Origin: a virus
Lineage: Duplodnaviria > Caudoviricetes
Length of the DNA: 60,033 bases
Virus record (IMG/VR): IMGVR_UViG_3300037484_000683
Location: 1 to 60,033 of that record
Strand: one strand, 5' to 3'
Below the pieces are notes generated by a model. The model was not told the DNA's origin and made no database searches. It saw only the letters and a list, made by a program, of their open reading frames with translations. Positions within the stretch are counted from its first letter, which is position 1. Every line of letters begins with the position of its first letter. Made by a program: the position numbers and the translations under genes. Shown piece by piece: positions 19,059 to 28,631 of the stretch.

Positions 19059-19747
19059 TGGGTGGCCTCCATCGCTTCGAGTAGTTGTTTCCCGATCCAT
19101 TCACAATATGCTGGGGGAATCGCCTGGGCCATTTCGTCTCTGGTCATCCAATCTATTTTCATTGCAACCCGTCCCGATTCGGCCTGAAAATTATGACCTA
19201 CACAGGTTATAAATTCCCGGTTTTTCAATTTGTGGTAAGCCCCCTTCGACGGGGGCATTTTGTAGCTATGATTGCAGGGAGCCGGGGGCCAGTAAATCGG
19301 GGGGTTGGTTTCAAACAGACGATGCCGGTAAACTCTCAGGCCGGGAAACATAGAACCACAGAGGGTTATCGGGTTGACAAGCGGGGCACCCTCTACGTTT
19401 TCGATTACGTAGGCTAGTCCGGTTTCCAGCAATAAATCACGTACCGGCCCAACCAGGTCAGGATGATTGCCATTAGAGAGGGAGGCGGTTACACTGTAAA
19501 ATTGACACGGTGGACTTGCGCTTATCGCTGCAAAATCCGATAGATACCAGCGCTGGCCAGTGTTGTCGGTGATGCAGCCGCCGGCAATGAGAATCCGCAA
19601 GCTCTCCAGGGCGTCCATTTGAACGAAGGGAAACGGGTAACGTGGCATAGGGGCAATATCAACCCCAACGACTTCAAAGCCGGCCTGATTGTAGCCAACC
19701 GAGCAACCGCCGGCCCCGCAAAAGGCGTCGAGCAGAAGCGGCTTCAT
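19055..19747 (-). CDS. Short C5 cytosine DNA methyltransferase
   Basis: LDAFCGAGG, ASPPCQ, IENV, RHRLFE. Confidence 0.88.
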   Translation of the reverse strand: MKPLLLDAFCGAGGCSVGYNQAGFEVVGVDIAPMPRYPFPFVQMDALESLRILIAGGCITDNTGQRWYLSDFAAISASPPCQFYSVTASLSNGNHPDLVGPVRDLLLETGLAYVIENVEGAPLVNPITLCGSMFPGLRVYRHRLFETNPPIYWPPAPCNHSYKMPPSKGAYHKLKNREFITCVGHNFQAESGRVAMKIDWMTRDEMAQAIPPAYCEWIGKQLLEAMEATQ

Positions 19748-20040
19748 CCCCTATCTACCTCCGCTAAAATCTTTACAATCCCCCGTACTCGCTCCCGTAT
19801 TGCCTCTAATGCTGCCTCTGCTCGTTTGTCTACTCTGTTGATTGCGCCAGTCTGCGCCCGGACCTGTATCCATAGCCATTCATCTTTTATGGCTAAAGAA
19901 ATCGGGTCGGTCTGGGTCAGTAAAGCGCGGTACGTTTTGGCCTGCGCTGCTATTTCTCGGCACCGGTCAACGACAAAGAGATTGGTATTGGTTGTCATTG
20001 ATACAATGTGCAGAAATTGGCCTATGATAGATTGCGTCAT
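19744..20040 (-). CDS. Hypothetical protein
   Basis: ATGA coupling on both sides. Confidence 0.6.
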   Translation of the reverse strand: MTQSIIGQFLHIVSMTTNTNLFVVDRCREIAAQAKTYRALLTQTDPISLAIKDEWLWIQVRAQTGAINRVDKRAEAALEAIRERVRGIVKILAEVDRG

Positions 20041-20963
20041 ACCTGCACCGCCTGAAACATCGGCAAATGGCTATAATCGCTATCTAGCGCCTTGACAGTC
20101 CGGGGCGATAGCCAGAGGCTTTCAATCCGCTTGCCGCCACTGTTCGTCTGCGCTTCTTTGTCTACCCGTCGCCAGCCGTGTGCCTCGTAAAGCTCGGCAT
20201 ACAGCGGGCAGGCGTAGCCGGAAACGACCACGTAGCCGAGGGCAGAGCGGAGGAGGGCAGCGGCTTCTATGTGGAAAGCCCTATCAACTTCTAGGGTGTA
20301 ATTATTCCCGTGACTTCTTTCTTCGAGGACATAAGGTGGATCAAAATAAATCAAGGTATCAAAATGGTCATATCTTGTTATAACTTCAATGGCTGGCCTA
20401 TTTTCCATTTGAACCTCAATCAGCCGACTGGCTATTGTCCACAAATCATCAAAATATAAACCATACGGATAACCCTTATCGTTTATAGCCACCTTCCAAC
20501 TGCTACCACTTTTGGTATTCGCCGCACCATCCATAGACATCCAGCACAGGCAGAAGAATCGCCGGGCGGCCTCTAGCGGGTCGTCAACCGGTTGCCATGC
20601 GTTGTCAAACTCAGCCCGCGCCCTGGGCGTCAGGCGGATTTTTCTAATCAACTCGTCCGGCCTGTCTCTCAGCATTCTAAAGAAATTGACCACGTTGCCG
20701 TCAAGGTCGTTTATTGTCTCTAAAGGGCTTCTAGGTTTTCGGAGTAATACGGAGCAAGCGCCCGCGCATGGTTCGACATAATTCTGATGCGGAGGAAAAA
20801 AACTTATAATCCACGGTGACAGCTTCCATTTGCCGCCAAAGTAGCGGAGCGCTGGGCGTTTGATTTCTTCGGATAGTGGTTCACTCAGGGCCACTTGGGC
20901 CGCCGTTTCCAGCGATGAATCGAGGGGATTTTTAAGCTCTGAGGGGGTGGGATTTATTGACAT
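20037..20963 (-). CDS. Dam-like (D12 class) N6-adenine DNA methyltransferase
   Basis: YFGGK, YVEPCAG, INDLD, YFDPPY. Confidence 0.92.
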   Translation of the reverse strand: MSINPTPSELKNPLDSSLETAAQVALSEPLSEEIKRPALRYFGGKWKLSPWIISFFPPHQNYVEPCAGACSVLLRKPRSPLETINDLDGNVVNFFRMLRDRPDELIRKIRLTPRARAEFDNAWQPVDDPLEAARRFFCLCWMSMDGAANTKSGSSWKVAINDKGYPYGLYFDDLWTIASRLIEVQMENRPAIEVITRYDHFDTLIYFDPPYVLEERSHGNNYTLEVDRAFHIEAAALLRSALGYVVVSGYACPLYAELYEAHGWRRVDKEAQTNSGGKRIESLWLSPRTVKALDSDYSHLPMFQAVQV

Positions 20964-21084
20964 TTGTGGGCCTCCTATGGTAAATTAGGAGGCAATCCGG
21001 CGAACAGTTTGGCGACCTACGCCGGATGGCCTCTTTGCTGGCCTGGCTGCCCCCGCGTGGGGTGGCCAGGCTTGTTTTTTGTGG

Positions 21085-21285
21085 TTACAAATCTAGGTTA
21101 GTTGTGTGAACATCTACTCCACTCGCCACCGCCTCCCCGCGCACCCGCTCCAGTTCGGCCCGCAGGCGCTCGACCGCATCTACAAGTTCCCAAAAGAATG
21201 TGCCAGCGCTCAAGGGGAAATGCTTCGCTTCCCAGGTTTTTACCGTTTTTTTGATCTCTGCCAATCTCTCAGGTGTCATCTTCAT
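21085..21285 (-). CDS. Hypothetical protein
   Basis: GGAGG RBS. Confidence 0.6.
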   Translation of the reverse strand: MKMTPERLAEIKKTVKTWEAKHFPLSAGTFFWELVDAVERLRAELERVRGEAVASGVDVHTTNLDL

Positions 21286-21414
21286 TACCTCCGCGTACTA
21301 TGCGCATTATACACAGCGGCATCATCGCCCTTTAGCCGCTGCTGCAACCACATATTGCGGGTTGCCATCGGGGAGCCGCTTAGGCTAGTGCTACCCGTTC
21401 AATATCTCTAATCC

Positions 21415-21546
21415 TTATCCCTTGCTCTTTTTAACCTGCTTGCTAACCCGGCCCGTTTTCTTGCGCTTCATCCGCGCTCGCCCGTTGCCGTTTGTGACCG
21501 TTACTTTCTCGCCGCCACTTTTGATTTTTACCTTAACTTTTGTCAT
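21415..21546 (-). CDS. Very basic 43-aa peptide
   Basis: Manual ORF MTKVKVKIKSGGEK...VKKSKG*; below the track length cut-off. Confidence 0.35.
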   Translation of the reverse strand: MTKVKVKIKSGGEKVTVTNGNGRARMKRKKTGRVSKQVKKSKG

Positions 21547-21604
21547 AACTGGTTTTGTGGTTCAGGTTCAAGTTCCCAGGTTGAATCGAACGCGCCTCCT
21601 TTTG

Positions 21605-22117
21605 TTATCGCCGTCGCCACCCATTCTCGGTATAGTCGCCCATTTCCAGGGTATCAAGCAGCGCCGTGACTTGCTCAACCACCGAGGACTCGCCGGTGTT
21701 GGTTCCTTTGGGTAGACAGTTTAATAAATCCAACTGAGTGAGATTACATGCTATCTCGCAACTTTCCAGACGCGCCCGGATGACCCGGAATTTGTTGGAT
21801 GGCAGCGCGTCGGCTTCGATCTTATCAAGCGCCCGCTGCGTCTTAATGCTGAAATAGAGGATATTTTCGGTATATTCAAACCACTTCGGAGGCCGCCCGC
21901 CGACCTTGCGCCGGGGTTTCATTGCGAGTAGTTCTCTGGCCTTCAACTCAAGCAGCCTGGCATCCTGCCGAATAACCGGCAGTAGCTTAACGAGAATAGC
22001 ATACTTCTCGCGCTCGATACCCCGATGGATAGCCAACCCCAGCGCGGCGGTTAGCTTGTCCTGAGTGTGGATACATTTCCAGGCTACGGCCAAAGTTTCA
22101 GGTGTCCAGATTGCCAT
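21605..22117 (-). CDS. Hypothetical protein
   Basis: GAGG RBS; 170-aa ORF. Confidence 0.6.
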   Translation of the reverse strand: MAIWTPETLAVAWKCIHTQDKLTAALGLAIHRGIEREKYAILVKLLPVIRQDARLLELKARELLAMKPRRKVGGRPPKWFEYTENILYFSIKTQRALDKIEADALPSNKFRVIRARLESCEIACNLTQLDLLNCLPKGTNTGESSVVEQVTALLDTLEMGDYTENGWRRR

Positions 22118-22424
22118 CGGCCTCTTTATCCTCGCGCAACTTTTTGATTACCTGAAAAACCACCATAGGCCCACCGACAACAACCAGGGCCGCCGGATCT
22201 AAAAACAGCAGCGGCCACAATTTCTCTAACTGGCCGAAATGTACCAGGACCACAAAGGTAGAAAACATCACCCCCACGGAAACGATCAGTGTCCCAACGA
22301 CAACGCTGACCCAGGTCCAACCGTGTGGGCCGGGGCGCAGGTATATTTGGGCCGCGTAGGCCCAGCCAAGCGCGTTGAACACTATTGCTATACCACCAAG
22401 AACGTAACCGATTGAGTATTCCAT
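22098..22424 (-). CDS. Three-helix membrane protein (holin-like candidate)
   Basis: Three hydrophobic segments and a charged C-terminus. Confidence 0.6.
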   Translation of the reverse strand: MEYSIGYVLGGIAIVFNALGWAYAAQIYLRPGPHGWTWVSVVVGTLIVSVGVMFSTFVVLVHFGQLEKLWPLLFLDPAALVVVGGPMVVFQVIKKLREDKEADGNLDT

Positions 22425-22944
22425 TTTTTGCAGTCCCGAATATTTCCGAATGTTTTGGTTTTTGAAAAAAACATAATGTTTCTGAGAGTTGTGCTAAGAT
22501 AGAAAAAGGGGTACCAGTTTGCCGGTGTGTGCAAACTGTTTCCTTTGGGCTGTCTCTCTCCTCTTGCTTGGCGGCGGGTGAGAGAAACGGCAAATTCACA
22601 AAGTCCCTGGCTTAACTGGCCGGGGATTTTTTATATTCGGTTTGAGTGGGAATTATGCCGGCGTTTTGCCGGATTGAATAGAAAAGGTTAAGATGGTTTG
22701 TAGCGCTCACGGAAGTTCGCCTTTCGTGTTCGTTAGGGGGTCGTGGCCCTGCTGTGAGAGGGAGGGCTGCGATCCTCGTTTCGTGGTTGCCCCGGCTTTT
22801 GGCCGGGGTTTATTTTTTAACTACGATTTGTTGCGTGGCGTAGTTATTTTACGCCACATTTACGGATTTTATAATTGCCTAATTTAGTACCTTTTGGCTA
22901 GTATGTCAAAGTTGGGTACTAAAGTACATTAATGGCAGGTATTT

Positions 22945-23232
22945 TTAATGCTCTGCCATTTCCTCAATATCCGGGACTTCGATCATACTCCCCCCGGCTA
23001 TCAATTCCAAAATATTCACCAGCTTCATTTTAGTCATCGCCTTATCTATCTCGTTTTCAGTTCGACCAAATAAGCGCATCTGTAGCGCCTCAAAGGCCCT
23101 AATGTCAGCCAGTGCCTTTTTTACGGCCCAATCGGAGGTATCGCCCTGGTAGGCGTTGACCAGCCCTTGCCGGTCACATTTGGCGCATTGGAGCGCCAGC
23201 CATAGAACCTCTGCTACTTTTCGTTTACTCAT
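22945..23232 (-). CDS. Hypothetical protein
   Basis: GGAG RBS. Confidence 0.6.
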   Translation of the reverse strand: MSKRKVAEVLWLALQCAKCDRQGLVNAYQGDTSDWAVKKALADIRAFEALQMRLFGRTENEIDKAMTKMKLVNILELIAGGSMIEVPDIEEMAEH

Positions 23233-23303
23233 AATTGCTCCGTCACCAGAGACAGAAAAACCCAGCTTGACTTGGCAGCGATGCCAGCGGGCCGGGTTTG
23301 GTT

Positions 23304-23573
23304 TTAGTTGCTTTTCTTCGGTTTGATTTTAATTTGATCTGGCTCAATCTCTAAAGCATAAGCCCCTAGCGCTTCCAATAAAGTCGTGTTATTGACGCTG
23401 CGGGCGTATCGGGCATAGGCTTGTAACGAATCCAGACCAAGCCCCTGCTTGCCGTTATTCTGCCGGGAATAGGTGGTAGTTGTAACCCCCACCATATGAG
23501 CGAACTTCTCAGCAGACAGCTTTACCCTCTTTCGCTCCTGATCTATCAACTCCATCACTTGCGCCATGTCCAA
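23304..23573 (-). CDS. XRE-type HTH regulator (Cro/repressor-like)
   Basis: LSAEKFAHMVGVTTTTYSRQNNG HTH; first gene at the divergence point. Confidence 0.8.
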   Translation of the reverse strand: MDMAQVMELIDQERKRVKLSAEKFAHMVGVTTTTYSRQNNGKQGLGLDSLQAYARYARSVNNTTLLEALGAYALEIEPDQIKIKPKKSN

Positions 23574-23617
23574 GTTTCCTTCCCTCCGATAAAATGACCC
23601 AATGGGCCTTAAAGAAT

Positions 23618-23646
23618 ATCATACACCTTTTTTCACTCGCTGTCAA
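23618..23646 (-). promoter_or_regulatory. Leftward promoter
   Basis: Minus strand TTGACA-17 nt-TATGAT. Confidence 0.8.
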
Positions 23647-23748
23647 TACATCGGCGCTATGGATTTGGCTGTAATTCTCGTTTTTTAATGTAGCCTGGTC
23701 GCAACCTTAAAATATATAAAACTGATGCCATTTAATGACATTAGTGTA

Positions 23749-23777
23749 TTGACATTCGTGTTAATATATGATACAAT
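23749..23777 (+). promoter_or_regulatory. Rightward promoter
   Basis: TTGACA-17 nt-TACAAT with a TG extension. Confidence 0.8.
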
Positions 23778-23839
23778 ATACTTATTCTTAGATAACAAAT
23801 TCACACGACAGCCCGCCGGTTGAAGCCCGGCAAAGAGGA

Positions 23840-24061
23840 ATGATGACACGTAAACAAATGCTCTCTCATCTAAAATCACTCGGCATCACTGACGCCGTCG
23901 TTGACAAAAACGCCAGCACGGAAGGCAATCCGGCAATTCTCCTGCGCTGGAATGGTCAAGAGGAGTATTACACCGGCTTTGGCGCTGACATCCACGCTGA
24001 GCCACAACCGGAATACGAAGCTTGGTTAGTCCAGACCTTTGGCGATAAGCAACCCAACTAA
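23840..24061 (+). CDS. Hypothetical early protein
   Basis: GAGG RBS; first rightward ORF. Confidence 0.65.
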   Translation: MMTRKQMLSHLKSLGITDAVVDKNASTEGNPAILLRWNGQEEYYTGFGADIHAEPQPEYEAWLVQTFGDKQPN

Positions 24062-24096
24062 CCCCCGGCCCCGCGCCGGATCACAGGAGAGCAACG

Positions 24097-24294
24097 ATGA
24101 AACGCAAAACCGTAACCTGCCGCTGCAACGCTTACCGCTTCCCTCACCGCTGGCAAGGTGGGAAGTGTGAGGCGCTAAAGCCACACCGGTTTGAGGAAAT
24201 GGCAGGGTTAGACGAATGGGCCGACGAGTACCAATACCGGATGCTTATCAAGGATGGCCCAGAGTTTGAGTACGATTACCTATTGGACAGCTAA
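24097..24294 (+). CDS. Hypothetical protein
   Basis: AGGAG RBS. Confidence 0.6.
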   Translation: MKRKTVTCRCNAYRFPHRWQGGKCEALKPHRFEEMAGLDEWADEYQYRMLIKDGPEFEYDYLLDS

Positions 24295-24380
24295 CCGGCC
24301 CGCGCCGGCCCGCAAACCGCCCGGCAGAGCGCCGGGATACGACAGCAGCCACCGTTGAAGTCGGGGGCAATGAGGATTAA

Positions 24381-24665
24381 ATGAAGTTTCTACCAAACAG
24401 CGAAGCAATGGGCGGCCACGTGGCCATCGAATTAGAGGACGGAAGCGTAACGTTTCAGTCGTCAACCACCTGTAGGTTTGGCAATGATTTATCCTTGTCC
24501 ATTCGGAAGATGGAAAACGGAATGGTCATTGCTTCCCAAAATAAGCAAGTTTGGGAAGTGACACCCCCGGAGGCTGCCGCCTTGATAGCGGCAGCCGGTG
24601 GGCCAAACCAGCCTGATCCCTGGCTGGCAAACTTTATAGACCCATCCGTTTCTATCTACGGATAA
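24381..24665 (+). CDS. Hypothetical protein
   Basis: GAGG RBS. Confidence 0.6.
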   Translation: MKFLPNSEAMGGHVAIELEDGSVTFQSSTTCRFGNDLSLSIRKMENGMVIASQNKQVWEVTPPEAAALIAAAGGPNQPDPWLANFIDPSVSIYG

Positions 24666-24747
24666 CCCCACCCAAAAGCAAACCGCCTCAGATATTCGCT
24701 GTATCTGAGGCGGGCCAAACAAAAACTATAAAAGGAACAATTCTACT

Positions 24748-25089
24748 ATGAAAAAGAATACCATAATTTTATCAAACGGTCAAGCCGCCACCGTACCCGA
24801 AGGCGCAGACCCCACCGTTTTCCGCCGACTCTGCGAAGCCCGCATCAACCCAGCCCCCGCAAAGCGCAAGCCCACGAAGCGCACCACCACCCGCACCGGC
24901 AAGCAGAGCAAGCGCAGCCAGGTTGCCGCGATGAAATCAGCGGTAAGCTGGGCAACGGTGGAGCTAGTGAAGCGGGTCAACGGCGAAGTTAAGTCGCCGG
25001 TGAGCGATAGTTGGTACACGGTCAATACCGGCGAGTTTGTGGCCAGCGTTGACCGGAAAACCAACGAAGTGAGCTACCAAGATGAGTAG
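24748..25089 (+). CDS. Hypothetical basic protein
   Basis: AAGGA RBS. Confidence 0.6.
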   Translation: MKKNTIILSNGQAATVPEGADPTVFRRLCEARINPAPAKRKPTKRTTTRTGKQSKRSQVAAMKSAVSWATVELVKRVNGEVKSPVSDSWYTVNTGEFVASVDRKTNEVSYQDE

Positions 25090-25226
25090 GCTCATTCGCC
25101 TCCTGGTAGGTCAGCCAGAGTACCGGCCCGGTGATTTGTACAAGTTTTACAGGCCCCAGCCGGTGATATTGACCCGGCGGTTGCCAAAGTAATTATTGAA
25201 GTTTATTAGCAAAGGAAAATCAGACT

Positions 25227-25883
25227 ATGAACATTGTAAATCCCGAAACCGGCGAAGTGAGCAGCGTCGAACTGCAAAGCGCCGAAATCAACGAACTGGC
25301 AAAGGCGCTGTCGAAAGCGCAGGGGGTGATGACATCGGCTCAAAAGGATGGAAGTAACCCCCACTTTCGGTCAAGCTACGCTACGCTGTCCAGCATTATC
25401 CAGGCCGCCCGTAAACCTCTGGCCGACAATTGCCTGAGCGTGGTCCAGTCGTTGTTGCCGGATAACACGCTGGTAACGACCCTGATGCACGAAAGCGGTC
25501 AATGGATGAGATCCTACCTGAAACTCAATCCGGCCCAAAACACCCCGCAGGGGGTAGGGTCCGCGCTGACTTATGGCCGGCGTTATTCACTGGCTGCCAT
25601 TGTTGGCATTAGTCAGGATGATGATGACGGGGTAGAGGCCAATGCGCCGGGCGAGAAAAAGCCAGCAGCCAAACGGCCAGAGCAACCGTCCCCCGCTGCC
25701 CAGCCGGTAACGCAATCCAAGCCAACCAATGGAAAGGCCGAAATTGACCCAATGACGCGCTTTTGGTCTGAGGTCAAAGCCGCCGGTCTGGAGCGGTCCA
25801 AAGGATTAGAGATTTTGGCCGGGGCGAATAATGACCCAAGCCGCGCCGTTGACGTACTGCTAGGAATGGCGCAAGCCGCCTAA
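25227..25883 (+). CDS. erf: ERF-family single-strand annealing recombinase
   Basis: KDGSNPHFRSSYATL, LMHESGQW, PQGVGSALTYGRRYSL. Confidence 0.93.
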   Translation: MNIVNPETGEVSSVELQSAEINELAKALSKAQGVMTSAQKDGSNPHFRSSYATLSSIIQAARKPLADNCLSVVQSLLPDNTLVTTLMHESGQWMRSYLKLNPAQNTPQGVGSALTYGRRYSLAAIVGISQDDDDGVEANAPGEKKPAAKRPEQPSPAAQPVTQSKPTNGKAEIDPMTRFWSEVKAAGLERSKGLEILAGANNDPSRAVDVLLGMAQAA

Positions 25884-25961
25884 ACCCAACCCCCGCCGGC
25901 CCGTTACCCCTTCGCGTGGAGGTGACGGGCCGGCATATGAGCGAACGAAAGGATCGAAACG

Positions 25962-26207
25962 ATGGAATCACCAGATGTAAAATACTACCCAAAAGCCGGC
26001 TACATAGGTGGAGATACCTGGATTTTATATGAATCCGACTCGATTAAGCATTTTACAGTTGCCGCCCGAAAGCGCCTGGCTACTCTGAGTAATGAGCACA
26101 AAGGCGAGAGCGATTTTGATTACGAGGCGGCAGAGGCGATTTTGATAGCAGAGGGATTGTATACCCCCCAGCCGGGGGAGAAGGAAGCGAATGATGGAAC
26201 AAGTTAA
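25962..26207 (+). CDS. Hypothetical protein
   Basis: AAGGA RBS. Confidence 0.55.
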   Translation: MESPDVKYYPKAGYIGGDTWILYESDSIKHFTVAARKRLATLSNEHKGESDFDYEAAEAILIAEGLYTPQPGEKEANDGTS

Positions 26208-26478
26208 AATTTGCCCGACCTGCAAAGAATCAATCTCTAAAACACCCCTAGAAGCAATTTTGGTTACTTTCGAATTTGACTTGACGGGCCACATTTACGA
26301 GCAGGGATGGCACAGGGCTTGCTACCAGCCCGCCGCCGCCGACCTCGTGGCTGCGTTGCGAATGGTCCGGGATGCAATAAGCATGGAGGATGATCTTGTC
26401 GTGGCGTTCAGGGGTGAGGATTTGGAGCAGATAAATAAAGCCCTCGCCCGCGTAGATGCGGCAGGGGGTGAAGCGTGA
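26191..26478 (+). CDS. Hypothetical protein
   Basis: Coupled ORF with CxxC. Confidence 0.55.
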   Translation: MMEQVKICPTCKESISKTPLEAILVTFEFDLTGHIYEQGWHRACYQPAAADLVAALRMVRDAISMEDDLVVAFRGEDLEQINKALARVDAAGGEA

Positions 26479-26717
26479 AATACTTAACCATAGAAGCCTG
26501 CCCGGTTTGCCGTGCTCAAATGACCATAGAACACGGCGTTAGGGACGGTGGCAAATCGGGAATGTTTGTTCACCTGGAGCGCTGCGAGAACTGCGGAGAG
26601 CATAGCCCGTTCGTGGCCTACGATTGTCCAGATTGCAAAATAGCAGAATTGCCGAAATTACAACAAAAAGTTGACCGCCGCCGCCGCCGCTATCCCCAGG
26701 GGGACGTGCCACCATAA
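26475..26717 (+). CDS. Cys-rich hypothetical protein
   Basis: Three CxxC pairs; GTGA coupling. Confidence 0.55.
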   Translation: MKYLTIEACPVCRAQMTIEHGVRDGGKSGMFVHLERCENCGEHSPFVAYDCPDCKIAELPKLQQKVDRRRRRYPQGDVPP

Positions 26718-26761
26718 AAATACCTAACTAAAGTACTATTGTAAACCAAACAGTTTGGTTA

Positions 26762-26805
26762 TATAATGTACACATAGATAAAAATTAGTTTGGTTACAGG
26801 AGATT
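26762..26805 (+). repeat. Duplicated promoter/leader, copy 1
   Basis: 41 of 44 nt identical to 29625-29668; runs from TATAAT to the AGGAG RBS. Confidence 0.9.
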
Positions 26806-26808
26806 GAA

Positions 26809-27066
26809 ATGACACAGAAAAGTTTACTTGAACAGGCCGAAGAACTGACAGCCAAATTTGAAGCGAAATCCCTAGAGGCCGCCGAATTGGATGCTCAGAT
26901 TGAAGCCAAATACGGCTTCCCGGCTGCTGACAATCGCGCCAAAAACGATGAACACGCGGTGATGTCAATGCGATATTACGTCCTCCTGGAGGACGCTGAG
27001 AATTTACGTCAACAGCAGATCGAGATTACCAGGAAATTTGAGGCAGAGGGCTTTGAGGGTGAATAA
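26809..27066 (+). CDS. Hypothetical coiled-coil protein
   Basis: AGGAG RBS. Confidence 0.7.
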   Translation: MTQKSLLEQAEELTAKFEAKSLEAAELDAQIEAKYGFPAADNRAKNDEHAVMSMRYYVLLEDAENLRQQQIEITRKFEAEGFEGE

Positions 27067-27346
27067 CACCAAAGCCCGCTCGGAACTCATCTTCAACACC
27101 GCCGTCTCTGCATTAGAGGCGGCGGGAGGGTGCGAGGTAATTGACCGGCTCCCCATCGGCCAGGCTCGTACGCTGGCATACGAGGCACTTTATCGGCAGG
27201 TAATCGAGGCCACCAGTTGCCACCGCGAAACCGCCAAGCGCAATGTAGCCAAAGCGCTGCGGCGGGCGCGGTACGGCGAGATCATCAAACGTGGCGGGCT
27301 GCGAGAACCGGCAGGAGGCAGGCCACCTAAAACAACAACCACCTAA
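27059..27346 (+). CDS. HTH-like protein, paralogue of 29895..30209
   Basis: NNTKAR.E.IFNTA and CHR.TAKR.VAKALRRARYGE shared with the paralogue. Confidence 0.75.
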   Translation: MNNTKARSELIFNTAVSALEAAGGCEVIDRLPIGQARTLAYEALYRQVIEATSCHRETAKRNVAKALRRARYGEIIKRGGLREPAGGRPPKTTTT

Positions 27347-27424
27347 ACCAAAAGCGCCGGCCCCGCGCTATCAACACGAGGCCGGCCAGCACCCACAATT
27401 CAACCCGACAAAGGAACCTGAATT

Positions 27425-27712
27425 ATGAATACCGCTTCAAATAGTACCCCAAAATCGAATAGTTTCAAAACCGACGTGACTGACCCCAGTGGCGCGATTC
27501 ACCTGTGCCAATGGTTCAGCCTCAACGAGCGCCCCGACAGTGAGCGTCGGGAAGTTGCCGCCGACCTGGGCACGGTAATCCTGGCCGAAGTCTGCAAGCC
27601 GGCTACGTTCGCACCTGCGCCGGTTGCCGTGCAAAATACGCCCTGGCAAGGGCCGGATGTAGCCAAGATGGAAGCCGCCTTTGCAGCCGCGTTTATTAAG
27701 GCGGTGGCATAA
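27425..27712 (+). CDS. Hypothetical protein
   Basis: AAGGA RBS. Confidence 0.6.
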   Translation: MNTASNSTPKSNSFKTDVTDPSGAIHLCQWFSLNERPDSERREVAADLGTVILAEVCKPATFAPAPVAVQNTPWQGPDVAKMEAAFAAAFIKAVA

Positions 27713-27843
27713 TGGCAACCCCACTATCAGCGGATGATCTGAAGAAACTGGCTGATGCCCTAAAAGACGCCAAGCCGGAAATCAAAGATGCGGACACGCT
27801 AAAACGGGCCGCAGCCGGCATAATGAGCGGTGGCAAACAATGA
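27712..27843 (+). CDS. Small hypothetical protein (43 aa)
   Basis: Manual ORF MATPLSADDLKKLAD...; overlaps the stop and start of both neighbours. Confidence 0.55.
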   Translation: MATPLSADDLKKLADALKDAKPEIKDADTLKRAAAGIMSGGKQ

Positions 27844-28361
27844 TCCACCACCTGACCCCCTACCGAACTACCGCCACGCCAGTTGTGGCGGTAGACCTGA
27901 ATAATACCCTGATGAACCAAATCGCCGGCATAGCCCGCGCATCCAAAGGCCGGTTGAAAGTAAAAGATTTTGACGAATGGGACGTGGACCTAAGCGCCAA
28001 AATGGGAATGACCAAATCCAGGTATCTCGAATGGGCCTGGAGTAATCCCTACACCGAAATGAGCAGCCCGGCCTTCACTGGCGCAGCCAGAGGGCTGGCC
28101 AGCATCAAGCGGGCCGGTTGGCAAATCTGGATCGTAACGGCCAGTGTACTGACCCTGGGCAATATCGAGGGCTGGCTCGGTTGCAATGGGATGGCCTGGG
28201 ATCGGATAATCAAGACCCAGGACAAACGGGGAATCGGTAACGTTCTAATTGACGATAGCCCGCGAACCTGTCAGCAGTTTTTTGATGAGGGCTTGCCGAT
28301 TTTGAGATATGAGCTACCCTGGAATAGTCACTTAACTAATGTGCTGGGGGTTGGTTGGTAA
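27840..28361 (+). CDS. HAD-family 5'(3')-deoxyribonucleotidase-like protein
   Basis: VAVDLNNTL (DxN variant of DxD), IVTAS, K, LIDDSP, PWN. Confidence 0.8.
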   Translation: MIHHLTPYRTTATPVVAVDLNNTLMNQIAGIARASKGRLKVKDFDEWDVDLSAKMGMTKSRYLEWAWSNPYTEMSSPAFTGAARGLASIKRAGWQIWIVTASVLTLGNIEGWLGCNGMAWDRIIKTQDKRGIGNVLIDDSPRTCQQFFDEGLPILRYELPWNSHLTNVLGVGW

Positions 28362-28374
28362 AGGAGAAAACGAG

Positions 28375-28614
28375 ATGATAACAAAACATTGGGCAGAGGA
28401 AATAGGGCAAGCTGTAGACGAAATTGACAATAAATCTTTTGAAGCCCAGCCGGTCACGATTGTCATCACTACCGATGTTGATGACACCGGCAGGTACTTT
28501 GACGCAACGATATTCAAGGGGCTTTTGCCCATCAGCGGCTTATCACTGGTTGAGTATATCGGCGCTGAAAGTTTGAGCGAGTTACTTCAAAAACTTAACG
28601 AGGGCTGGACATAA
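28375..28614 (+). CDS. Hypothetical protein
   Basis: AAGGAG RBS. Confidence 0.6.
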   Translation: MITKHWAEEIGQAVDEIDNKSFEAQPVTIVITTDVDDTGRYFDATIFKGLLPISGLSLVEYIGAESLSELLQKLNEGWT

Positions 28615-28631
28615 GCAAGGAGAAATACGAG

